Numbered from the stretch's first letter, positions 1 through 9,215 are shown. The stretch: DNA of 17,112 bases from Tubiluchus corallicola (GCA_030141605.1 JAQGDQ010002039.1:1-17112), one strand, 5' to 3'. Notes: a model not told the origin generated them from the sequence alone. Translations and numbers: made by a program.

Positions 1-169
1 TTGATTTTGTGAGAGACGGTTTTATCTTATCAGTTTGTAAATGGATGTAAAAGGATTAAATTCATAATACAATATGAATTTTAGCTAATGCACACATAGG
101 TACATATGTTTGTATACGTATATGTGTAAGTGAGGCAAAATTTATCCTTTGTTTTTTCGTAAATTTTAG

Positions 170-194
170 CAAAAGGCCTTGTTCTTACATATTT
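170..194 (+). CDS. Candidate 25-nt coding micro-exon (QKALFLHI+1 nt) of a putative secreted protein
   Basis: Preceded by a T-rich acceptor (tttgttttttcgtaaattttAG, AG at 168-169) and followed by GTAAGT (195-200). Read as phase 0 to phase 1, it joins in frame to exon 4596-4655. There is no ATG in this frame within the window. Confidence 0.25.
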
Positions 195-734
195 GTAAGT
201 AAAGCGTGCATGTAGAAAAGTTTGTTATTTTTAATACTTTCCTAGTAGTGTAATCTAAATAATGCGTCTTGACGCGTGTTAACTACAATCGTGACGTGTC
301 ATGTGGGCAAAGCAAAGCCGTCTACCGCATCAGTTCAGTCACTTCAGTTCTTTTACGTGGACTTCACTTAATTATGCATTAGCCTGTGCGTAGAGTGATT
401 TACTAGCAGGATCTTGTTTGGGAACAAGAAGAAATGAACTAGGTAACGTTCTAACTGTTAAAGCTGTTACTGTTACAATAGAATTGCCTGCTCGGCGTTG
501 TCAAATCTACACAAATGCGTTGTCTAGTACACCTAACCTTTGAACCTTTTCACGATCGTCATTAATTACTGGAACTGTGAAAAGGCGTTCGTTATTATTT
601 TTTACTCAAAATTAACTGTTCTTTCCGATGGTGTTGTCAGTTTTGATTGCTTCTGTAAACGGCAGCAGGGCAGTGGTTTCTTGACACCTGTCCTTCGTGG
701 TATTTCCGCCGCTCGTTACCGTACGATCACTAAT

Positions 735-777
735 CGACGACGTGCGATCGCAGTGGGCTCTCTCAAAGAGAACTAGT
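735..777 (+). mobile_element. Possible decayed Helitron 3' terminus
   Basis: GC-rich palindrome TGCGATCGCA (743-752) within cgtgcgatcgcagtgggc, followed about 20 bp later by CTAG|T (773-777). This matches the hairpin plus CTRR|T layout of Helitron 3' ends. No 5' end found. Confidence 0.3.
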
Positions 778-921
778 GTCATGGCTCATTCATTCCAGAA
801 CTTCACTTATTTTTGATTTCTGAGAATAAAAAACAAGAAATAGAGAAAGTATTTAAAAAACTCCTTCATGTCTGTGATAAATTCCAGGGCAAGGGAGACC
901 AATGTTTTTGGTCACCCTGTA
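778..921. mobile_element. Tc1/mariner-type terminal fragment (solo TIR end)
   Basis: Ends ...ttttggtcaccctg|TA (TA at 920-921). The reverse complement TA|CAGGGTGACCAAAA is a typical Tc1/mariner terminus at a TA target. No partner TIR found, and the left boundary is approximate. Confidence 0.45.
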
Positions 922-1346
922 CACATGTCCGCATCGTCTGTTGGAAAACTCTGCATTTGAACAGCAATCTAGGCGCTTTTGGTTTCACGGCAAATTCTAG
1001 CCGGTCTTTCATTTCTGGACGCCTTGTAGACAAACGCTGTCGAGAGCTTAAGTTATGAGTTTGTTTGCTCTTGAGATGATGGATTTTAATGTTATTAGAC
1101 TTGATGTCTTTGGTATCTAAAAGAAGTTTTCGGAAAGCATAGTATTAAAAATTAGTATTTTGTTGAAATTCACCGTAGTTTCTAGCTAGAGATAAAATAA
1201 GAGGAAACTAGGGTTTATTAAAACATCATCATCATCCTTATTTACAATAATGCTACAAGGTTAGGCGTACATATTGAATGATAGTAATAATACAAAATAA
1301 AGGTTAGATGTCACATATACGAGAATAATTGTTAGTATCTATTTAA

Positions 1347-2684
1347 CCTATGTGCAGTTACGTACTATATAAGAACTTTAGAGGACCTGTATAAGGAAAG
1401 CCTCTATGTACAGTTACGTACTATATAAGTACTTTATAAGGAAAGCCTGTATGTACAGTTACGTACTATATAAGTACTTTAGAGGACCTGTATAAGGAAA
1501 GTCTCTATGTACAGCTACGTACTATATAAGTACTTTAGAGGACCTGTATAAGGAAAGCCTCTATGTACAGCTACGTACTATATAAGTACTTTAGAGGACC
1601 TGTATAAGGAAAGCCTCTATGTACAGTTACGTCCTATATAAGTACTTTAGAGGACCTGTATAAGGAAAGCCTCTATGTGCAGTTACGTACTATATAAGTA
1701 CTTTAGAGGACCTGTATAAGGAAAGCCTCTATGTACAGTTACGTACTATATAAGTGCTTTAGAGGACCTGTATAAGGATAACCTCTATGTACAGTTACGT
1801 ACTATATAAGTACTTTAGAGGACCTGTATAAGGAAAGCCTCTATGTACAGCTACGTACTATATAAGTACTTTAGAGGACCTGTATAAGGAAAGCCTCTAT
1901 GTACAGTTACGTCCTATATAAGTACTTTAGAGGACCTGTATAAGGAAAGCCTCTATGTGCAGTTACGTACTATATAAGTACTTTAGAGGACCTGTATAAG
2001 GAAAGCCTCTATGTACAGTTACGTCCTATATAAGTACTTTAGAGGACCTGTATAAGGAAAGCCTCTATGTGCAGTTACGTACTATATAAGTACTTTAGAG
2101 GACCTGTATAAGGAAAGCCTCTATGTACAGTTACGTACTATATAAGTACTTTAGAGGACCTGTATAAGGAAAGCCTCTATGTACAGTTACGTACTATATA
2201 AGTCCTTTAGAGGACCTGTATAAGGAAAGCTCTATGTACAGTTACGTACTATATAAGTACTTTAGAGGACCTGTATAAGGAAAGCCTCTATGTACAGTTA
2301 CGTACTATATAAGTACTTTAGAGGACCTGTATAAGGAAAGCCTCTATGTACAGTTACGTACTATATAAGTACTTTAGAGGACCTGTATAAGGATAACCTC
2401 TATGTACAGTTACGTACTATATAAGTACTTTAGAGGACCTGTATAAGGATAACCTCTATGTACAGTTACGTCCTATATAAGTACTTTAGAGGACCTGTAT
2501 AAGGAAAGCCTCTATGTACAGTTACGTACTATATAAGTACTTTAGAGGACCTGTATAAGGAAAGCCTCTATGTACAGTTACGTACTATATAAGTACTTTA
2601 GAGGACCTGTATAAGGAAAGCCTCTATGTACAGTTACGTCCTATATAAGTGCTTTAGAGGACCTGTATAAGGATAACCTCTATG
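1347..2684. repeat. 56-bp minisatellite, 24 tandem units plus 8 bp
   Basis: Consensus CCTCTATGTACAGTTACGTACTATATAAGTACTTTAGAGGACCTGTATAAGGAAAG, with unit starts at 1446, 1502, 1558, 1614 ... 2621. Unit 2 (1401-1445) lacks 11 bp and the unit at 2230 lacks 1 bp. There are no unique spacers. Confidence 0.97.
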
Positions 2685-2853
2685 GGGGGAGGGGGGACAT
2701 TTTACGCACTACACGGGTTTTTCCCTGCCTACATTTTTACATCATATGCATTTATGCAATTACGTAATTAACGAACCGATGACAGCAGGTTCGTTAGAGT
2801 ATTTTCACTTGGCTTTAAAGTTATTCATCGACAATTAGGCAACAATAGACTAC

Positions 2854-2888
2854 ATATATATATATATATATATATACAATAGGACAAT

Positions 2889-2935
<47 letters not shown>
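2854..2935. repeat. Two (TA)n microsatellites
   Basis: TA runs at about 2854-2876 and 2894-2928. Confidence 0.95.
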
Positions 2936-3533
2936 AAGAGCTTTATTTAATGCTTCTTCATTTTCCAAAGAAGTATGGCTTCTTTTAATGCTTCTTCATA
3001 TATGTATATGATGTATATCGGAAATACGTTTCTGACAAACGCCTTTGGAAAATTCAACATATTTTAAAGAACAGCTTATACGTTAGGTTTTATTGTACAC
3101 TTGATAGAGCAGCCAAAGACAATTGCTCTTATGAAGCCATTTTCGAATACTCTGCCTTTCATCCCCATCTGAAAATGACTCCCTCCCCACTCCCCCTGCT
3201 CACTAATGCACCTTTATCCACTTCACATAATGCCATTTTGCCACAGACAGCTTAGAATATTACTGATGGACGTTAAAGCGCTCACTATCGTAAAAGGAAA
3301 GCTATTATTAGACCGTCTCTTGATCTGTTTAATGTTGTCAGCTGTATACGGCAGCACCAGAGCTTAATTATTCATTAGTAGCTCAGAACTTAAACTGCTC
3401 ACAGCTTCCTGTGATGACTATTAATGACACGTAAACAGAATTAGTTTGACTATTAGAACACGCAAATAAAATTAAACTGTATTTACTGTTATTATGCTAG
3501 CCTCGTTTTCGCGGGAAACTGCTAGCTTAAGAG

Positions 3534-3990
3534 TGTTATTGTTATTGCTGCTAGTGTGTCGTTGCTGTTGCCGTTGTTGTTATTGTCATTGTCACCACCG
3601 TCGTCGTCGTTCGTGAGGGTGTTGTTGCCGTTGTCGTCTTCACCGTCGTCATCGTCGTCGTTCATGATGGTTTTGCTGTTGCTGTGGGTGTCGTCTTTAT
3701 CGCTATCGCCATTGCCTCTGCTGCTACCACTGCCACTGTTGCAGTTGCTGTTGTTGTTGTGGTTGACATTGCCGTTGCCACCGCCATTGTTGTTGTTGTC
3801 ATTGTGGTTGACATCGCCGACGCTATCGCTATTGTTGTCGTTGTTGTTTCACCACCGCCAGCGCAATTGCCATTTCAGCTTCCTCTGCTGCTGTTGCTGT
3901 CATTGTTGTTGGCGTTATAGTTATCGTTGTCATTGCTGTAGCTGGTGCTGCTACTCCTACTGTCGCTGCTGCTGCCACTGACGTTATTGT
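3534..3990. repeat. Degenerate trinucleotide repeat (GTT/GCT/GTC/GCC)n
   Basis: Strong 3-bp periodicity with a phase slip near 3849. It explains ORFs 3556..3981, 3684..3920 and part of 3875..4102. Confidence 0.9.
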
Positions 3991-4595
3991 TTTGTTTAGC
4001 TGTTCGGTCAGAACCTCCTAATTTCTTTGTTTCATCTGTCTGACTCCAATACCCAGTGATGGTGCTGCTCCCAGTGGCAGCTTCCTGCAACTTATCGTGC
4101 ACGCGCTTTCATTGACTTCTACTGCATTGTGGGAAGCAATTCCAAAAGCAACAGCAGTAATCTGATTGATTGTGTAAACAGTTAACGTGTCAAAATGACA
4201 ACACGAATGAGTATTAACTGTGTCTGTTTAAATTAACTCACGGAGTAACCTTCTGTATATTCTATTATATGAAAGCCTGAGTCAAGCGAGCATTGTATAT
4301 GCTGTTGCACGTTTTTCCCAAATTTCAACACACTTTAAAGGGGAAGAAAGGGAAATTTTAAAGTATACCCTAAAGAACTTTCCACACAAAGTGCCACAGT
4401 GTGCACCACTGGCTCACCAAAAACGTATTTTTTTAACTTATTGGCAATATAAAGTAATTTATATTTTTGCTTAGATAATGAAGAGCGTGACACGAATTTT
4501 TTAAAACTTTACGTATGTTATCTAAACTTGGTTTACACAATCTAACTGTGCCTAATGCTTATCTCGGGGGTTTAAATTTACAATTTTTTTTACAG

Positions 4596-4655
4596 CATTA
4601 CTGGTAACGAAAGCTGTGTATGCAATAAGCCAGCAAAATTGTACAAAATTTGATG
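4596..4655 (+). CDS. Candidate internal exon, 60 nt, phase 1-1: (x)LLVTKAVYAISQQNCTKFD(x)
   Basis: Poly-T acceptor ending TACAG (AG at 4594-4595), branch-like CTAAC/CTAAT at 4542-4556, and donor ATG|GTGAGC (4656). The length is a multiple of 3 and only the phase-1 frame is stop-free. The peptide resembles the end of a signal peptide followed by an N-C-T sequon. Confidence 0.5.
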
Positions 4656-4660
4656 GTGAG

Positions 4661-4766
4661 CACACACACACACACACGCACGCACGCACGCACACCCACC
4701 CACACCCACGCACCCACGCACGCACGCACGCACGCAACCACCTCCCCCCCCCCACACACACACACA
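4661..4766. repeat. Compound (CA)n/(CACG)n/(CACC)n microsatellite
   Basis: Directly visible. It produces spurious ORFs 4552..4845 and 4616..4828. Confidence 0.95.
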
Positions 4767-5297
4767 TATTATATATATTCAATGCCTCTATTTGCAGGCC
4801 GATAATTCTGCACTGTGTCATGAAATAAGAGTATATATACAACACGGTCGATTATAAATATATCCTTAATACATGTACTGTAGATTTAATTAAGGTCCAT
4901 AATAACAGAATTCATTAACTGGAATTAATTAGATTACACTATAAGGAAAGTATTAAAGATGACGAACTTTTCTACATGCACGCTTTATTTATCAATATAT
5001 AAGAACAAGTACTTTTGCTAAAATTCACAATAAAATCAGGATAAATTTTGCCTGAGTTAAACATATGTGTATATAGACATATATATACGTAAGTGTGCGT
5101 GAGTTAAAATTTATATTGTATTATGCATTTAACCCTTTTACATCCCTTTACAAATTGATAAGATGAATCGTCTCTCCGCAAAATCAACTACAGCTTCATT
5201 TAATGCTTCTCTTTTTTAAAAAAACACCCTGGTTATGTTTTCCCCGTGCAGGGTTTCTCACAGGTGTTTTCTTCGGTTAGCGTCTACTTATGGAGTA

Positions 5298-5316
5298 GAA
5301 GAAGAAGAAGAAGAAG

Positions 5317-5346
<30 letters not shown>
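5298..5346. repeat. (GAA)16 microsatellite
   Basis: Perfect GAA run. Confidence 0.97.
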
Positions 5347-5347
<1 letters not shown>

Positions 5348-5639
5348 TTTCAATTATTGTATTAGAAAAAAAATTGTTTACATTTAAAAGACATGGTGAG
5401 CTTTGCACTTTTGCTGCTTTGCTCTGTTCTACTACAAAAATTTGAAACAAACTTACTTTGCAACAGCAGAGAATTGTCCAATTATCCTCAGTGGTATGGA
5501 CAATTAACGAATTAACTGCAGCCATTAGTCAGTGTTGAAAAGTAGTGTAATTGCAGCTTATTGAGGGAGCATTCAAGTAACTCATTTCTATTAGACCGTG
5601 GTCACGCTTATGCAAGATGTTTTCGTAAAGTAGCCAACG

Positions 5640-6186
5640 CCACAAAATTGGGAAACTGAATAAGTAGTGCAATTAAAGAAAAATTAGTTCTCTTCTTTGA
5701 GAGACTACCCGCCAACTTGAAAAAAATATGGTTCTTTATTCCAATCTGTCTTACTCGCCCTGACACTCCCCTCTCCATTCACTGTGAGAAGTGTCTAGGG
5801 TAACTCGCCGAGGCGTTCACACTAGACAGTAACTCGCAGGAATCAACTCACGACATAAAACTCATTAGTGTGAACGCAGCGTAATCCTTTTTTCTGGGCC
5901 AGGCCTGTCTGGCAAATAGCAAAAGTAATAATTAAACTGCAAGCAAACTGATATCGAGTGGAATTCCAAACAACCTTTTGGGAAAAATGTCTTGATGAGA
6001 TTTGTGGACTCAGGTGGTACTAGAAAAATTGACAGTAAATTGAAGAAAAGCCAGTCAATTGAAAGTAAGAACAAAGACAGACCAAGACTGGTCCAAAACG
6101 CGAAGCACTGGATTACCCGTTTATTCAGTTTTTTCTGCCTAATAATCAGAGCATATCAATTAGAACATCATTTACCATTGTCGTAG
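5640..6186 (+). mobile_element. Decayed Crypton-type (DUF3504-like) tyrosine recombinase fragment
   Basis: Motifs occur in collinear order: PQNWET (5640-5657; cf. PKMxAT), FERLPANLKK (5696-5725; cf. YxxRRPxxLKxxGPFYL), then open frame 5932-6186 with DIEWNSKQPFGKNVLMRF (cf. WYxxQPLGKNxLxxF), ITRLF (cf. NHSxRxTxITRLF) and IRAY (possible catalytic Tyr). Stops and frameshifts are present. Confidence 0.55.
5745..5884. mobile_element. PIF/Harbinger-like MITE fragment inserted in the Crypton relic
   Basis: Perfect 12-bp inverted repeat GCGTTCACACTA (5813-5824) / TAGTGTGAACGC (5866-5877). The end gtgtgaacgcagcg|TAA resembles animal Harbinger TIRs with a TWA target. There is an inner imperfect IR (ccctgacact / agtgtctaggg). 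The left end is unclear. Confidence 0.5.
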
Positions 6187-6514
6187 AATCCGTTTTTCAC
6201 AAAAATTTCGAGTGCGGAGTCTCTATTGTGACGCCACAACACAAAAGAACTGATGACGACTTGCTACATGAACAACAAGAACAACATTACTTTGTCTTGT
6301 TCTCTTTATGGAGTTACGAAACAGATCTCTTTATGGAGTTACTTCCTAAGTGAGTAATCCAAAAAAGTCGCAACGCAGTATTATAAGAAATATATTTAAC
6401 ACGGTTTTCAGAATTCGAGTTGATTGCTCTTTGGAAAGTACATCCTCATACAAAGTGCCGACTGGAATCATAGCTGATGCTAATGTAAGATATTGATGCC
6501 TAAATATTATTGGC

Positions 6515-6800
6515 GAGCATCGAATGTTCGAGTTTGATTCGAACGATTTTCTAGTTCAAATTCGATTCGAGCCCAAAATTATAGATTAAAACAATTCAGC
6601 ACTTCAACTACGTACGTTCATCATCATTAAAACTTTTTAAACGTCAAACAATCAGCCCAATGCTGTTGTGATTTCTGTACGCAAGTTTTAAATAAGTTAT
6701 TAGTGTTTTTAATACAGAACAAAAGTCAAATAATATGGATGATCTTTGTGAGACTAATCTTTATTACCTCCGAAAACCTTTAAAACTAAATTCGAATTCG
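6515..6800. repeat. TTCGA-motif-rich degenerate repeat, probably a non-autonomous DNA-transposon remnant
   Basis: Clustered TCGAA/TTCGA words at about 6520-6570 and 6791-6800 in otherwise CpG-poor DNA. No TIR pair or TSD established. Confidence 0.3.
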
Positions 6801-7004
6801 TTTTCTGGTAGAGAAAGCGCACCTCTATTACATATGCAAGATCTAGCAGCTTACCTAGATTGAATGAATCTGTCAATAATTAATGCAGCCAGCGTCTGCA
6901 AACCATAAATTAGTAAGCCTAACCACTTATTTAGGGAAAAACCAATAAACCTAATTGACTGGGACGTTAATGTAAGAAAACATGTGAAAAATTAAGATCA
7001 AGGA

Positions 7005-7017
7005 GGGATTCGAACCC
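7005..7017 (-). other. Isolated Pol III B-box / tRNA T-loop motif (possible tRNA-derived SINE remnant)
   Basis: The minus strand reads GGGTTCGAATCCC. No convincing A-box or cloverleaf. Confidence 0.35.
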
Positions 7018-7202
7018 GAGCCAAGTGCAAACTGCTGTAGTATGCCGTAGCTGTGGCCTCTAAGAAAGAGCCTGATTTTAATCCTTAAAACCTTCCTCTT
7101 ACATAAAGTTTAAAAATTCGTCTTGAAATTTTATACCATTTACATATTGCTTTTTTGCGTAATGGACTAGCGTCGGCGGTAATGCTGTTTAAAACTTGTA
7201 AA

Positions 7203-7620
7203 TTCAAATTCCCGCGATGACCGTTAGGCGCAGCCATTTTAACGGTAAATCGTTTGAAACAAGTTTTGATAACATTGTGTAAAGGTTGAAAAAATAATCA
7301 GAGCTGCGTAGCGCACATGTTACTAACAGAGTAAAATTTTAAATTACTGTATCTTGTAAATAAGATTAAAAATACGTTTTAGGTCAGTGAGTCATGCACC
7401 CTGGAGGTGAGTCAAAACATTTTACGAATTGGTAAAAACATTTTAAATAATTAATAATTCTATTATCAAGCAGGTAAGCGAAATGCTAGGTAACATAACT
7501 TTACATGGAAAGTTTTTTGGGACATAGTTTAACATTTCCCTTTTGACTCCCTGATTTACTTTATGCGTATATGACGTCATGTAATAGCGCGGTCGGAACT
7601 ATATTGCGGGAGATTTAAAA
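7203..7620. promoter_or_regulatory. Dense cluster of transcription-factor-like motifs
   Basis: E2F+CHR-like TTCAAATTCCCGC (7203-7215) and the opposite-orientation GCGGGAGATTTAAA (7606-7619). Inverted Myb-like ACCGTTA/TAACGGT (7220-7226, 7240-7246) flank YY1-like CAGCCATTTT. AP-1 TGAGTCA at 7388 and 7408, and CRE palindrome ATGACGTCAT (7571-7580). Confidence 0.35.
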
Positions 7621-7914
7621 TGAAAACAAACAAAAATTCCTCTTGACACGAGAACGATATATGCATAAAACAGTTATAAAGTAACATAATTTTTATTAAA
7701 GGCGATTTTTCTGAAACCTACTTAAGGTACCCCCTTTCTTGTCATTCAAAGAAAAAAACCCTTTAACTCAAAGTAATCTACCCTGTAGAACATTGAAAAG
7801 GAAACCATTATTTTTCAAGAATGATTTGCGTGAAAGAACGATTACCATAGAAAACCCTGAAACATGTTGTTTGCAGTTATGCAATTCGCTACTTGCTTGT
7901 TAGCTGGGCAACAT

Positions 7915-8771
7915 CACGTCACGTTCCACAAAAACAGGTGCTACCTCTCATTTGAGTGTTGTTCATTTGTGACGTAGCACACGCGTTCGAGAGCACATAC
8001 TTGAGCACAGCGTAAAGCTTAAAATTTGAATTTTAAGCTTGAAATTTGCAGAGTTTTTGTAAATCATACTGATCGAAGTAAAGTAAGTAGCACCGTGTTT
8101 TAAATTTATAGTTTAAAAATAAATTAGACACAGGAGGGATTTGACTGGTTCAAAGAAGGGGAGATTAACTTCAGTCCTACTTTGAAATTTGAAAGACAGA
8201 GTCGAACTTACGATGCTAGGTTAAAAAAAACGCCGTACTGTAAACAAAGTAATAAAATTCGTCCTTTTTAAGGTTTAGCCGCTTCTTTGGTGTCCTGCTT
8301 ATTAGATTAGATTAAGAATATAATGACTGTAGTTCAATGCGAATATTAGTAAACAACACTAACTGCTGCAGTTCTCAATATTGAAAAGACATAGCAAAAT
8401 AATGATTTATTAGTTTATTATCTTATTTTTTTCTCATTTTGGATTACATAATGAAAATCGTTATCATTTCGGTTGAAGATTGAAAATTTCAGTTGGAATT
8501 TCACTTTCAAGGGCATTTGATATACAGTTGAAAATATTAATTGAAATAATTTTCAATTAGAGTACTAATTGCACTCGTCCACCGTTAATTAAGGTTTTAA
8601 TCCATTTTTTAATTGTCAGAAACGCTGTGGCATTATTACAGGTGCTAAAATGTATCATCTTTACAGTACTTCAAAATGGGGAGGTGACGAAAAAATCATC
8701 CTGTTTTCATTTAAAAAGCTGAAACGTGCTGATAAAATTGTTCCAGATTTCAGTTGGTAGCAGATGGATGG
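7915..8771 (+). repeat. Interspersed repeat copy A (about 580 bp of extra sequence at 7981-8562 relative to copy B)
   Basis: 7915-7949 matches the reverse complement of 12429-12463 at 31/35. 8574-8592 and 8744-8762 are exact 19-bp reverse complements of 12359-12377 and 12205-12223, with alignable sequence between them. Confidence 0.85.
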
Positions 8772-8941
8772 AAAATAATTAGTTATTTCGAATGGCGTTG
8801 GAATTCTGCAGACCTTTAGGGAAAATAAACATCTTTCATGCATAGCAATTAGCAGCAAATGTTTATTGGTGTATCTACACGTCTAGAAACGTTTTTTATC
8901 TTCCTTTCTTTAGTAGGCACTGCAGAGAATATTATCAGTAA

Positions 8942-9132
8942 CCTAAAACAACCAGTTTTAAAAACCATAATATATATATATATATACCATTATATATACC
9001 ATATATATATATATATAAAATTAAACATTATATATATATATATATCGTTTTATACACAATATATTTATGGTTTATATATAATATTTAATTATATATATAT
9101 ATATATATGGTATATATAATGGCATATATAAT

Positions 9133-9172
<40 letters not shown>

Positions 9173-9184
9173 ATTATACATACC

Positions 9185-9215
<31 letters not shown>

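Noticed and set aside
540-1058. ORFs 540..776 and 813..1058 as genes
   Set aside because: Non-ATG starts and no recognisable motifs. They overlap probable TE termini.
1347-2684. CRISPR array or hammerhead-ribozyme satellite
   Set aside because: Units are head-to-tail with no unique spacers, no cas genes are present and the context is eukaryotic. There is no CTGANGA core on either strand.
3556-3981. Leu-rich or Val-rich membrane protein ORFs
   Set aside because: Translation products of a degenerate triplet repeat, with GTG starts.
4335-4346. TTAA|AGGGGAAG as a Kolobok-type left terminus
   Set aside because: No matching right terminus found in the window.
5264-5275. 12-nt phase-1 micro-exon (cag|GTGTTTTCTTCG|gttagc)
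   Set aside because: The donor is weak and the exon is too short to distinguish from chance without RNA data.
5240-5346. (GAA)n as a retrotransposon tail
   Set aside because: No recognisable ORF2 or UTR motif upstream.
6301-6342. 17-bp direct repeat TCTCTTTATGGAGTTAC as a TSD
   Set aside because: Only 8 bp lie between the copies, so it is a simple local duplication.
6960-7080. tRNA gene
   Set aside because: Only the T-loop motif is present. There is no acceptor stem, D-arm or anticodon arm.
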